This document shows positions 35,194 through 45,047 of a stretch of DNA of 64,000 bases, one piece after another. The notes under the pieces were generated by a model. The model ran no database searches. It was not told where the DNA came from and saw only the letters and a program-made list of their open reading frames with translations. Numbering within the stretch: the first letter of the stretch is position 1; the number at the start of each line of letters is the position of its first letter. Source of the stretch: an archaeon (GTDB taxonomy: Archaea; Aenigmatarchaeota; Aenigmatarchaeia; QMZP01; JAFGSV01); NCBI GenBank assembly GCA_028279705.1, contig JANQNF010000024.1, forward strand, positions 269,011 through 333,010, in the 5' to 3' direction. Both the position numbers and the translations under genes were made by a program.

Positions 35194-36020
35194 ACGTCCT
35201 CCTGCATCAGTCTCAGCTCGTAAAGCGTGAAAACGGGACCGTCCCTGCATACGTACTTGTCTCCTATGTTGCAGTGGCCGCATTTTCCTATGCCGCACTG
35301 CATCATCCGTTCCATCGACAGGTGTATGTCGTCTGCGTCTATGCCAAGCGCCTGCATCTCATGCGAAACGAACTTCAGCATGACAGGCGGGCCGCATGAG
35401 AGTCCCACGGTCTGCTCAGGCTTTATCTTCAGTTTTTTCACCTGCTGCGTCACCATGCCAACGCACCCATCCCATGCAGTGCATCCTTTCTCCACGGTCT
35501 GTATTATCTCCACGCGGCCTGCGTCCGCCCACTTCTCCATTCTTTTCGAGTAAATGAGATCATCTACTTCCTTAACGCCGTATACGAGCCATATCCTGCC
35601 GTAATCCTCGCGGTTCTTTGTCATGTATTCCATGGCCGAAGCAAGTGGCGGGAATCCTATGCCGCCCGCGACTATCACCACGTTCTTCCCCTTTATTTCG
35701 CTGAGCGGGAAGCCCCTTCCGTACGGACCCCTCACGCCGATCGTGTCGCCCTTTACCAGGCCGAACATGGCACTTGTCACGTTGCCGACATTTCTCACGC
35801 TTATCTCAATGTACTTCTTATCGGGAGACGAGCACATGGAAAACGCTGCCTCGCCTACTCCCATGAGCGAGAACTGTGCCAGCTGCCCGGGAAGGAAGTC
35901 AAACTTCTTCCTGTCGCGTTCCCTTACAAACTCCAGCCTGAACGTCTTTATGCCGGGGGCCTCGTCTGTTATCTTCACGACCTTCGTTTCCATGGGCATG
36001 TACGTATCATTTCTTTCCAT
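35187..36020 (-). CDS. hydG: Group 3b hydrogenase FAD/NAD(P) subunit
   Basis: PGQ, RGPYGRGFP, AGGIG, CGPPVM, ERMMQCGIGKCGHC, VCRDGPVF. Confidence 0.93.
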   Translation of the reverse strand: MERNDTYMPMETKVVKITDEAPGIKTFRLEFVRERDRKKFDFLPGQLAQFSLMGVGEAAFSMCSSPDKKYIEISVRNVGNVTSAMFGLVKGDTIGVRGPYGRGFPLSEIKGKNVVIVAGGIGFPPLASAMEYMTKNREDYGRIWLVYGVKEVDDLIYSKRMEKWADAGRVEIIQTVEKGCTAWDGCVGMVTQQVKKLKIKPEQTVGLSCGPPVMLKFVSHEMQALGIDADDIHLSMERMMQCGIGKCGHCNIGDKYVCRDGPVFTLYELRLMQEDVW

Positions 36021-37023
36021 ATTTTTCCCTCACTTTTGCCACTTCTTCTGTTATGTCTATTTTTGCCATGCACTCAGTTATGCACCTTCCGCAGCCAACG
36101 CAGTGCTGCTTTCCGTCGTTTTCAAGACCATAAACGAGCTTGTGATAGAAGAACTGCTTTAGCCTTTCTGCCCTGTGCTGCCTGAAGACCACATTGCCGG
36201 CCACCCTGCTGAACCTTAGAAGCATGCAGTAGTCCATCTCCCTTTTAACCACGCCTTTTCTGAGGTCTGAAATATCCGGTTCGTGCTTGAGGCTGAAGCA
36301 AAAGCACGTCGGGCACGCCGCCGTGCAGGAAGCGCACGAAAGGCACCTTTCAGCCACGTCCTTCCATATCTTGCTGCTTGCGGCCTTCTTCATCACAGCG
36401 GGAAGTTCCAGCGTATCGATAACCTTCTTGCATCCGACCTCCGCAGTTGCGGACATCTTTCCTGACTTTTTGAAAAAGCTTCTGGCGGCTTTCACAAGTT
36501 CCATACCTTTATCGCTTCCCACTTCAACGTGGTATTCCTTTCCGTTCTCTGTGAAAAGCAGGTCGAACCCTTCCCTGAGTTCGTCAGTCTCCATTGATTC
36601 ACAGAAACAGTTCTCGCCAGCCTTGCTACACTCAAGCGCAATTATCAGCGTGTTGTCCCTTCTCTCTTTGTAGTGTCCTTCCACGTCACCGTGTCCCAGC
36701 ATGGCCTTGTCGAGCACCATGATCGCGTGCATGTCGCACGGCCTGATGCCGAATATGGCGCGTCTTGTATCATCGAAAACCTCGCATATACTCTTGTTTC
36801 CGTAACTGACCAGCGTCTCTCCATCCGGCATGAATATACCCTTTGCAGGAAACTCGGTGTTCACGTAGCCTGAAATGTCTACTTCCTGGCCCTTTTCCAT
36901 CTTCAAGAAGTTGAACCCTTCACCGCTTTTCACTGGCACGAAAACCTCCATTTTCGAGGCGACTACATCTAAAAATCTCTGAAGGTCTTTCTTTCCAAGC
37001 TTATAGTATATGGAAGCTGACAT
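36007..37023 (-). CDS. hydB: Group 3b hydrogenase Fe-S subunit
   Basis: GIRPCD, CFC, RCLSCASCTAACPTCFC, HK, CVGCGRCITEC. Confidence 0.93.
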   Translation of the reverse strand: MSASIYYKLGKKDLQRFLDVVASKMEVFVPVKSGEGFNFLKMEKGQEVDISGYVNTEFPAKGIFMPDGETLVSYGNKSICEVFDDTRRAIFGIRPCDMHAIMVLDKAMLGHGDVEGHYKERRDNTLIIALECSKAGENCFCESMETDELREGFDLLFTENGKEYHVEVGSDKGMELVKAARSFFKKSGKMSATAEVGCKKVIDTLELPAVMKKAASSKIWKDVAERCLSCASCTAACPTCFCFSLKHEPDISDLRKGVVKREMDYCMLLRFSRVAGNVVFRQHRAERLKQFFYHKLVYGLENDGKQHCVGCGRCITECMAKIDITEEVAKVREKYGKK

Positions 37024-37115
37024 GAAACCCAATATAACTAGTGTGTATTTGGTCGTTATATTTGTTGCATGGCCAACTGTCACATTTTCCAGCTTAATAC
37101 CAAGTGCCATTGAGG

Positions 37116-37634
37116 TTAGTGTTTAGTGTATGCCCACTTTCCGCATACTTCGTACGGAACATCTTCATTGAACACTAACTGACTATAATCGGCAAACTTG
37201 CAGACCTTTCCCAGTACAGGATCAATGGCCATATCACCTTCCACGTAAAGCACGTGCGCACCCCATGATTTTCCCGACGGCCTGAGCGGAACCGGTGACA
37301 GTTCTCTCTTGACAAAATCTTTTCCGTAATGGTATTCATCACTATTGTAGAAATCCTCAAAACTTATTCTTTCAGCGTTTCTAATGTCAGAAACCGCTTG
37401 CATAGGAACTATATAAAGTTCACCGAAAATGATTAACTTGTGGTCTTCTACACGTCTTTTCTTCCTGATATAATTTGCCATAGTCCAGCAATCTTTCACG
37501 TTCCTGATTTTCAACTTTTTATAATTCCCGTCAGGTACCAATATCTCATGCCATTTCTTCAGCTTTTTATCTAAATTCATTAGGATAATTCTCTCGGATA
37601 ATTTTTTAAACTGATCCATTGGGGTTTTTCGCAT
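37116..37634 (-). CDS. Hypothetical protein (AT-rich ORFan)
   Basis: 172 aa; WGAHV....GD.AIDP resembles a transglutaminase/papain-like His-Asp segment. Confidence 0.55.
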   Translation of the reverse strand: MRKTPMDQFKKLSERIILMNLDKKLKKWHEILVPDGNYKKLKIRNVKDCWTMANYIRKKRRVEDHKLIIFGELYIVPMQAVSDIRNAERISFEDFYNSDEYHYGKDFVKRELSPVPLRPSGKSWGAHVLYVEGDMAIDPVLGKVCKFADYSQLVFNEDVPYEVCGKWAYTKH

Positions 37635-37695
37635 GGCGGGTTATGTACATGATTTTTATATAACCTGCTCCTATGCATTATTTGTGTGATTTTCC

Positions 37696-38076
37696 GTGCA
37701 TGACATGTCAGTTGCCCAGGCTGTAAGCGAGGGCATAATAGAGAAGCTCAAGGGAAAGAGGCCGAAGAAGATAGACATAAAGATGGAAGTCGGCAAGCTG
37801 CGATTCCATAATACAGACCAGGTGGAGTTCTGGCTAAACGAGATACTGCGAAAGGAGTTTGGTGATCAGCTCTCAGTAAAAGCGGACATCAAGGTTATAG
37901 AGCCAACCATAAAGTGTTCATGTGGCTACAATGGCAGCGTGGAGGACGTGCACACGGACGAGGAAGGATCGCATCACGGAATCTACGAGATGAAGTGCCC
38001 AAAGTGCGGCTCTGACGAATACGAGCTTGCAAGCGGAAACGAATGCAACATAATATCGGTCAACGTGACGGAATAG
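37696..38076 (+). CDS. hypA: Hydrogenase nickel chaperone HypA
   Basis: MHD.SVA, CSCG ... CPKCGS, GNEC.I.SV. Confidence 0.9.
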   Translation: MHDMSVAQAVSEGIIEKLKGKRPKKIDIKMEVGKLRFHNTDQVEFWLNEILRKEFGDQLSVKADIKVIEPTIKCSCGYNGSVEDVHTDEEGSHHGIYEMKCPKCGSDEYELASGNECNIISVNVTE

Positions 38077-38095
38077 TCATTATTTAACATTTTGA

Positions 38096-38551
38096 CTAAA
38101 TATCCTTCAGTTTATTGATAACATAATTCCTGTCAACAATTCTGACGCTAAAATTCTCAGATTTTTCGCCATTAATTGCTATTCTGTAAATTTCATTTGC
38201 CCAATTCCCGCCTTCAAGGGCGGACTTTTCAACTATTGCCTGGTATGGACCTTCAGCAGTTTTGTTTGCGGTTGCGATATGCATAAGTGAGCCGTCACTT
38301 GCCAATTCAGCCCTGTAAACAAATGACCCGGTCTCACCTCCTATTTCCATGGAATCTGATGTCAGATATGTAATGTTTCCTCGGTCTGTTATTTCAAGAT
38401 AATGTTCGAATACAACGTGTTCCGTTTTCTTGGTCCCTCCAAGCTGATCCCTATGTCTTTTATGCCACTTGTTTAGCGCACCGCCTATACTTTCTGTGTC
38501 ATATAAACCTTTTCTAATAATGTTTGAGTGGAAGTTGGCAATTCCTTTCAT
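38096..38551 (-). CDS. Hypothetical protein (AT-rich ORFan)
   Basis: 151-aa ORF. Confidence 0.55.
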   Translation of the reverse strand: MKGIANFHSNIIRKGLYDTESIGGALNKWHKRHRDQLGGTKKTEHVVFEHYLEITDRGNITYLTSDSMEIGGETGSFVYRAELASDGSLMHIATANKTAEGPYQAIVEKSALEGGNWANEIYRIAINGEKSENFSVRIVDRNYVINKLKDI

Positions 38552-38695
38552 TTTTTTGCAAATTCTGGATCATCAATACCATTCGGAATCATATCATTTG
38601 TATCAAATCCTGCATTTTTGTCTGCAGTGGAAACTTCACTCCTTCCTCCTACCATAGCATGTATTTGGAAGTAAAATTTATAAGATGGAGTAGAG

Positions 38696-39052
38696 TCATA
38701 CTGCAATTCCGAGCTCTTTTTTGACATAATTCAAGCCAACGAATTCACATGGAAGCTTTCCACATATTCCCGACCTGTATAATTCTTGAATTTCACCTTC
38801 TACCATGTAAAGTTCCCCGCTACCGTTGTAGTCCTTGTTGAGATGAGTCCTGTTGACAAGTTTTCCATTCTCGTTTTCTGGTACATATATGTAGAAATTT
38901 GGGCTTCCTTTGTTGTTTATGAAATTTGCTGAAAAGAAATGTACTTCGCCGTTTTTATCTGTTACTTTTATGTAATCTTTCATGGACGTGTATTTACTTT
39001 TATCGAACCAGTCTACATCCGTATAGTATTCGTATTCGCCATTTTCTGACAT
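38696..39052 (-). CDS. Hypothetical protein (AT-rich ORFan)
   Basis: ORF of about 118 aa. Confidence 0.5.
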   Translation of the reverse strand: MSENGEYEYYTDVDWFDKSKYTSMKDYIKVTDKNGEVHFFSANFINNKGSPNFYIYVPENENGKLVNRTHLNKDYNGSGELYMVEGEIQELYRSGICGKLPCEFVGLNYVKKELGIAV

Positions 39053-39132
39053 AGTTAAAGTACTATACAAAGCAAAGTTTTTTAAAGAAAATTCATGCAA
39101 TTTTTGTATATGGTGTGGGAGTAAATACTAAT

Positions 39133-39576
39133 ATGGTAAAAAACGTCCTCATGGGCATAGGCAACGAGATGAAGGGCGACGACGGCATAGGAAACTTCAT
39201 AGCTAGAAAGTTCAGCGCACCCAGGTGGGAGAGCATACCGTGTGAGACTGTTCCCGAAAACTTCACTTCTGTTATAAAGAAAGAGAAGCCGGAGCTTTTA
39301 GTCATAGTTGACGCGACCGAGATGGGACTCGATCCCGGTGAGATCAAGAGGATACCAAAAGAAAAGCTCAATTCCGAGATGGTTGGCACGCACGGGATGC
39401 CGCTCAAGCATATGGTTTCCTATCTGGAGGAAAGTGCAGGAAAAGTGATTTTCATAGGTATCCAGCCTGGTGACATGGTCATTGGAAACGAGATGAGCGA
39501 CGCTGTCGCGAAAGCTGGAAAAATTGTAATGAAAATTCTTCAGAATGGAAAAATCAGAGAGATCGAAAGCTTGTGA
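39133..39576 (+). CDS. hycI: Hydrogenase maturation protease HycI
   Basis: MGIGNEMKGDDGIG, ETVPENF, IVDA.EMGL.PG, THGMPL, IGIQP. Confidence 0.93.
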   Translation: MVKNVLMGIGNEMKGDDGIGNFIARKFSAPRWESIPCETVPENFTSVIKKEKPELLVIVDATEMGLDPGEIKRIPKEKLNSEMVGTHGMPLKHMVSYLEESAGKVIFIGIQPGDMVIGNEMSDAVAKAGKIVMKILQNGKIREIESL

Positions 39577-39595
39577 TGTCCACCAAAGGTAGCGA

Positions 39596-40855
39596 TCAGT
39601 TCCTTTTCGGCCTTCTGCCGAATCTAGGTTTTGAACGACTGCGGTTGTTCCTTCCGCTACTTCCCGGCTTGCCAGGACGGAACCCGCCCCTGCGCGGGGG
39701 ACCCCTGCCTCTTCGCTGGCTGAAACTGTCCCTGACCATGTGTACCCTCTCAAAGCGCGGGACCTCTGCCTGGACTATGTCCAGGTCCTCTTCCCTGTTT
39801 ATGCGCCTGAAGTTGTCGTGGTCCCTGTTTGTAAGAAGTGTTATTGCGTCACCGTCCTCTCCAGCACGTGCAGTCCTTCCTATCCTGTGGATATATTCTT
39901 TTCCGGTCTTTGGCACGTCGTAGTTATAGACATGGGTCACGTTCTTTATGTCAAGACCCCTTGCGGCCACGTCCGTTGCCACGAGCACGTCTATCTTCTC
40001 TCTCTTGAGAGATTCCAGTGACTTTTCCCTCATGTGCTGGGTCATGCCGCCGTGTATCTCCATTGCGTCTATTCCCTGCTTTCTGAGGTTCTTTGCAACT
40101 ATAGACGTCTCGTCCTTTGTACCGCAAAATACTATCGCAAGGCCCGGGGTTGCGTGCTTTAGCAGGTGCACGAGTATGGGGAACTTGTCGTTTTGGTAGT
40201 GAATGTCGTAGTAGAACTGCCTTAGCTTTCGTGCATCGACCTGAGACTTCGTCCATACCATGACGGGATTTCGAAGATGCCTTTTCATTATGCCTTCTAT
40301 GTCATAGGAAATGGTCGCGCTGAACATGAGCGTTTGCCTGTTCTTTGGAACCTGGCGTATTATCCTCTCAACATCATCGATGAAACCCATGTCAAGCATC
40401 CTGTCGGTCTCGTCGAGAACGAGGAACTTTACATTGCTGAATGATATCGTCCCCCTGCTCATGTGGTCCAGTATCCTTCCCGGAGTTCCGACAACTATCT
40501 CAGACGTTCTTATGTTCTTTATCTGGGGCTCTATTCCGACGCCGCCGTAAACGCTTATCGCTTTCAGTCCGGAATCCTTTCCAAAGTCGTTGAAGACGCT
40601 GTTGACCTGTACGCAGAGCTCCCTTGTCGGGGTAAGCACGAGGACCTGCAGGCCCTTCCCGCGCTCTATCTTGTCCATTATCGGAAGCGCGAATGCAATG
40701 GTCTTTCCGGAACCCGTTTCTGCCTGGCCTACGACGTCCTTTCCTTCGAGTATTCTTGGTACAGCCTTTTCCTGTATATCAGTAAGCGTCTCAAAGCCTA
40801 GCTTTGCTGCGGTCTCTAAAAGCTTCCTGCTAAGATTAAGTTCGTTGAATTTCAT
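39596..40855 (-). CDS. DEAD-box RNA helicase
   Basis: Q motif, AETGSGKT, PTREL, TPGR, DETD, SAT, ARGLD, HRIGRTAR, RG-rich tail. Confidence 0.95.
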   Translation of the reverse strand: MKFNELNLSRKLLETAAKLGFETLTDIQEKAVPRILEGKDVVGQAETGSGKTIAFALPIMDKIERGKGLQVLVLTPTRELCVQVNSVFNDFGKDSGLKAISVYGGVGIEPQIKNIRTSEIVVGTPGRILDHMSRGTISFSNVKFLVLDETDRMLDMGFIDDVERIIRQVPKNRQTLMFSATISYDIEGIMKRHLRNPVMVWTKSQVDARKLRQFYYDIHYQNDKFPILVHLLKHATPGLAIVFCGTKDETSIVAKNLRKQGIDAMEIHGGMTQHMREKSLESLKREKIDVLVATDVAARGLDIKNVTHVYNYDVPKTGKEYIHRIGRTARAGEDGDAITLLTNRDHDNFRRINREEDLDIVQAEVPRFERVHMVRDSFSQRRGRGPPRRGGFRPGKPGSSGRNNRSRSKPRFGRRPKRN

Positions 40856-40874
40856 AGTTCCACTGTTTCGATTT

Positions 40875-41321
40875 TCATCCAGAAGTTATACCGACGACCT
40901 TTATCTTGAAGACGAGCGTCTTTCCGGCAAGCGGATGGTTCATGTCGACCTCCGCGCCCTTTTCCGTCACCTTGACGACTCTCACCTCGAGGTTTATGCC
41001 GTTTGGCATCTGCATACCGAGCACCATGCCAGCCTTCAATTCCCTTTCCTTTGGAAGGTGGTCCTTTGGTATCAGCCTGACGAGTTCGGGCTTGTGTTCA
41101 CCGTAGGCCTGCGAAGGCTTGAGTGTGACAGTCTTCTCCTCACCAATCTTCATGCCCTCGACAGCCTTGTCGAAACCCGGTATCATCTGTCCGCCGCTTA
41201 CTTTGAACTCAAGCGGCTCTCCTCCGTGCTTCTCGGTGCTGTCGAAAACGTCGCCGTTTTCAAGCTTTCCTTCGTATTCAACCTTGACCTTATCTCCAGT
41301 TTTTACAGTTTCTTCTGCCAT
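40875..41321 (-). CDS. slyD: FKBP-type PPIase (SlyD-like)
   Basis: YEGKL..G.VFDS, MIPGFD, AYGE, VDMNHPLAGKTL.F. Confidence 0.93.
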   Translation of the reverse strand: MAEETVKTGDKVKVEYEGKLENGDVFDSTEKHGGEPLEFKVSGGQMIPGFDKAVEGMKIGEEKTVTLKPSQAYGEHKPELVRLIPKDHLPKERELKAGMVLGMQMPNGINLEVRVVKVTEKGAEVDMNHPLAGKTLVFKIKVVGITSG

Positions 41322-41361
41322 GAGAACTACATCATGCTAGCATATATTTAAGTGTTAGGCT

Positions 41362-42384
41362 TTACCTGAACTTGCCCTTTCCGAAGAATTCTTGCACCGT
41401 GGCTTCTGACAGACCCCTTATCATCGTTGGCAGGTTTCCCTTGACCGCACCGACGCCCCGCGTGCAGCCGTAGTAGCAGGGAGTCTTGGTGTAGCATCGT
41501 TTTATCGGACATTGCATCTTCTTCTTTACGTCTTTCCATTCACTATTGATGTCGATTTTCTTCAAGTCAAAGAATGCAGGAAGTTCCAGACAGGGGCTCA
41601 GCTTCCCTTCAGAATCTATCCTGATGGAATTGGTAAAAGCATCACACGGCCCGAGCTCTTCACCACGCAGATACTTTATGTTTCCCTTGATGAATGCCGA
41701 GTGTAGTGGCGATATCTTATTCCCGACTTTTTCCATCTCGGCTATGACGTCTTCTATGTTTCCTTTCTTCGGCAGGTCCAGCTTCTTATCAGAAGCCGAC
41801 GCGTAGTTACGATTGTCATTGTAACTGTTGAACGTGAAGCACAACCCGAGACCGTGCACAAATTCGTGTAGTTTTTCCATCTCCTTGTAGTTTATGCTCG
41901 TTATGGTGGCGTGAACGCCTCCTTTCAGTCCCTTGTGCTTTGACAGAGCCTTGATGTTCTTGATTACGATGTCGAATTTGTCCACTCCCCTTATGCGCTT
42001 GTATACCTTCCTGTCAAGCGTATCGAGGCTGACTGTAACCGTGATCTTACCGCGGGTGTTTGCCATGTCTAGCTTTTCCAGCGTTTTCTCAGAAAGCAGT
42101 ATGCCGTTAGTTATGACATTGACGTCGAACTTCAGGTCGTCCAGGATCTTTATTACATCGAAGACTTCCTTCTTGACAAGGGGGTCGCCTCCCTGGAGGA
42201 AAATGGTGTGAATGCCGAACTTTTTCAGGTCATTGAATACCTTTTCCACATCCTTCAGTGACATCTCTTTTTCGCGTCGTTTCCAGATACTGCACATGGC
42301 ACAGCGTGAGTTGCATCTTGTGGTAACGTCGTAGACGCAGAGAGTAGGCTTTCCCGTGAATGCGTTGAAAAGGCTTTTCCACAT
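41362..42384 (-). CDS. Radical SAM protein with SPASM/twitch-like C-terminus
   Basis: CNSRCAMC, QGGDP, ITNG, SLD, CDA...I.IDSEG..SPC, C....C...C. Confidence 0.9.
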   Translation of the reverse strand: MWKSLFNAFTGKPTLCVYDVTTRCNSRCAMCSIWKRREKEMSLKDVEKVFNDLKKFGIHTIFLQGGDPLVKKEVFDVIKILDDLKFDVNVITNGILLSEKTLEKLDMANTRGKITVTVSLDTLDRKVYKRIRGVDKFDIVIKNIKALSKHKGLKGGVHATITSINYKEMEKLHEFVHGLGLCFTFNSYNDNRNYASASDKKLDLPKKGNIEDVIAEMEKVGNKISPLHSAFIKGNIKYLRGEELGPCDAFTNSIRIDSEGKLSPCLELPAFFDLKKIDINSEWKDVKKKMQCPIKRCYTKTPCYYGCTRGVGAVKGNLPTMIRGLSEATVQEFFGKGKFR

Positions 42385-42408
42385 AGTATGTGTATGTAAC
42401 ACCTGCTA

Positions 42409-42786
42409 TTAATCTTTCTTGTAGTCGGCGAGAAGGAACTCGTCTGTGAACGTCAGGCACTTCACCGGGCAGACGTTGACGCATTCCCCGCAGAACGTGC
42501 ACCTGAATGTGTGATATGATATCTTCTTTTCTTTCGGCTTGAAGACGACTGCGTTTGCTGGACAGACCTTGACGCACAACTGGCAACCTATGCACTTGTT
42601 CTTGTCGTATGCTATCTTTCCGCGGAAGTTCTCTGGTACGGGTACGGGTGGGTTGAGCTTTGCCTTCCCCTTGCCGACAGCTTCAAGCAGTGCGTTGACT
42701 GACTTCGGGGCGTGCTTTGCGGGGAACTGGTTTGTAAACGCCCTCTTGAACAGCTGCCTGAAAAGCTCTTTTTGCATCGTTATCAT
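42409..42786 (-). CDS. mbhN: Membrane-bound hydrogenase subunit N (2x[4Fe-4S], NuoI-like)
   Basis: FRGKI, CIGCQLCVKVCP, CTFCGECVNVCP. Confidence 0.92.
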   Translation of the reverse strand: MITMQKELFRQLFKRAFTNQFPAKHAPKSVNALLEAVGKGKAKLNPPVPVPENFRGKIAYDKNKCIGCQLCVKVCPANAVVFKPKEKKISYHTFRCTFCGECVNVCPVKCLTFTDEFLLADYKKD

Positions 42787-42787
42787 A

Positions 42788-43795
42788 TCATGACACCTTC
42801 AGTAGTATATCCACTCCTACAAGCAGAAGACCAAGCAGTGCTGCCAGAGTCGTGTAACCCCAGTAGACCTTCACTACCTGCGTGATCCTAAACCTTGCTA
42901 CTGCCACCCTTATGAAGGTTGAGCTTAGGAAGACCACAACGAAAAGCTTTGCAAGGAAGCAAAGGACGTTTGCAATCATTCCAGTGTTTCCTGCCTGCAC
43001 AAGCCCGAGCTGTACAGGCGTCATCGGAAGGAACAGTGCTATTATCAGCGAGCCCAGTGCTACCATCTTGACAGCGCTTGTGAGGTAGAAGAGTGCGAGG
43101 TTCCTTCCAGAGTATTCTGCCAGGAGACCGCCAGCTATCTCAGTTTCTGCCTCAGCGGCGTCGACGGGTATTGCTCCCATCTCACCGGTGGTGACGAATA
43201 TGAGCACGACGAGCAGCAGCAGAAGTCCTACAGCGCCGATTGGACCCACGAGCGACCATATGTTAGCAGCGGAAACTGCGGCAAGGTCGAATGCGGTCCC
43301 AATGCTTCCAGTCATTGACATGAGCCATGCTATCGAAACTATGGTTATTGCAAGCGGGACCTCGTAGCTTAACATCGCGACCATCTCTCTCTGGGCACCG
43401 ACCGTTGCATACGGGGAACCTGATGCGAAGCCACCTACGACCAATGCAAGCGACGGGAAGATGAGGACATATAGTATCACTATGAGATCGCCGCTTCCTG
43501 CAAGTATCGCCGGGATCTGCAGGAACGGTATGTACATGAGCAGCATGAGCGATGATGCAAGTGCCACTACCGGCATGAAGTTGAAAACCCAGGAAACTGC
43601 GTTCTTTGGTACTATGTTTTCCTTCATCATGAGCTTTTTGAGGTCGATGAATGGCTGCCTCAGCGGCGGGCCTATCCTTGCCTGCATCCTTGCGGCAAGC
43701 CTCCTGTCTATGCCCTTGTATATGAGGCCCAGGATTATTCCAAGCACGGCTACTGCCGGTATCATCGCGACATTCATGAGCAGCGGATCCATCAT
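42788..43795 (-). CDS. mbhM: Mbh subunit M (NuoH-like)
   Basis: ARMQARIGPP..QPF.D..KL..KE, SGSPYA.VGA.RE, AEAETEI..G..AEYSG. Confidence 0.93.
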   Translation of the reverse strand: MMDPLLMNVAMIPAVAVLGIILGLIYKGIDRRLAARMQARIGPPLRQPFIDLKKLMMKENIVPKNAVSWVFNFMPVVALASSLMLLMYIPFLQIPAILAGSGDLIVILYVLIFPSLALVVGGFASGSPYATVGAQREMVAMLSYEVPLAITIVSIAWLMSMTGSIGTAFDLAAVSAANIWSLVGPIGAVGLLLLLVVLIFVTTGEMGAIPVDAAEAETEIAGGLLAEYSGRNLALFYLTSAVKMVALGSLIIALFLPMTPVQLGLVQAGNTGMIANVLCFLAKLFVVVFLSSTFIRVAVARFRITQVVKVYWGYTTLAALLGLLLVGVDILLKVS

Positions 43796-45039
43796 TTCAG
43801 CGCCTCCCTGATTTTTCTGGTCTTTTCTACAGAAAGCCTGTGAAGGTTTTCCTGCGTTAATATGCTGCTTGTCTTGCCTGCGACTACTGCCCTGTTTGTG
43901 CATGACATGCACGGGTCTATGGATGCAGCAATGATTGGAATGTCGGCTATCTGCTCGTTCATGAGCATCGGGACCCATGCAAGCATGTTGTTGTATGTCG
44001 GCGCCCTTACCTTCCACGCATAAGGAGAATCCTCACCTACCATCTTAACGTAGTGGAACACCTCACCTCTTGGTGCCTCCAGCCTGCCTGTGCCCTCACC
44101 TTCGACACCCTTCAGTTCGGCAAGCAGTTTTGGTATCTTTTCCTCGTAAACTATCTTGCCTTCTGGCATCTGGTTAAGGCAATCGTTGATAATCTCTGCG
44201 GACTGCTTGACTTCCAAGAGCCTCGTGATTATCCTGTCGTAAACATCACCGCGAGTCTCCCCCGTTACCATGTCAGGCATCATCGGTTTCATATCCAGCT
44301 CCGGGTATGCAGCATATGTCTCATCTACCCTTATGTCCTTCCTGACTCCTGATGCTCTTGCAGTTGGCCCAACAGCGCACGTTACCAGTGCTTCCTTCTT
44401 GGTGAGTATTCCCGTGTCCCTGCACCTCGACTTTACGACCGGATCTTTCAGGAAAATCTTCCCGAGCTTGTCAAAGCTCTTCAGGTAATAATCAGTCGTT
44501 TCCTTCAGCCTTGGGACCTGTTTTTCGTGTATGTCCCTCCTGACGCCGCCTATGGTCACGATGGCCTTTGTTATCCTGTTGCCTGTCAGATACTCTATCG
44601 TGTCGAGCACGTTCTCCCTGAGCTTCCATGTGTAGTGCATCACGGAATCGAAGCCCAGCTCGTGAGCAGCCACCCCTGCCCATAGCACGTGCGAGTGAAT
44701 CCTTTCCAGTTCCGCTGCAATTGTCCTTATGTATGACGCCCTTGCGGGCACTTCTATCCCGGCAGCGTTTTCTACAGCCTTTGAGAAGGCCATTATGTGA
44801 CATATATTGCAAATCCCGCATATCCTTTCTGCAAGGAACATTATCTGGATGGGATTCCTTCTCGTTCCCATCCATTCAACGCCCCTGTGTACCTGGCTGA
44901 GTTCAAAGTCCACTCCCGTCACTTTCTCACCCTCAATGGACATGTTAAGCTTTACAGGTTCCTTGAGTGCGGGGTGTACCGGACCTACTGATATTGAATA
45001 TGACGTGTCGCCATCTGCGTCCTTCTTTTTCTCTAACAT
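43792..45039 (-). CDS. mbhL: Mbh catalytic [NiFe] subunit L (group 4d-like)
   Basis: GPVHPALKEP, ERICGICNICH, EAPRGE, SIDPCMSCTNR plus C-terminal extension; all four Cys ligands present. Confidence 0.95.
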   Translation of the reverse strand: MLEKKKDADGDTSYSISVGPVHPALKEPVKLNMSIEGEKVTGVDFELSQVHRGVEWMGTRRNPIQIMFLAERICGICNICHIMAFSKAVENAAGIEVPARASYIRTIAAELERIHSHVLWAGVAAHELGFDSVMHYTWKLRENVLDTIEYLTGNRITKAIVTIGGVRRDIHEKQVPRLKETTDYYLKSFDKLGKIFLKDPVVKSRCRDTGILTKKEALVTCAVGPTARASGVRKDIRVDETYAAYPELDMKPMMPDMVTGETRGDVYDRIITRLLEVKQSAEIINDCLNQMPEGKIVYEEKIPKLLAELKGVEGEGTGRLEAPRGEVFHYVKMVGEDSPYAWKVRAPTYNNMLAWVPMLMNEQIADIPIIAASIDPCMSCTNRAVVAGKTSSILTQENLHRLSVEKTRKIREALK

Positions 45040-45047
45040 TCTATCAC

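Noticed and set aside
33161-37023. Anaerobic sulfite reductase AsrAB interpretation, or selenocysteine recoding
   Set aside because: The beta/gamma-like genes are followed by NiFe small and large subunits rather than AsrC. All ligands are Cys codons with no in-frame TGA.
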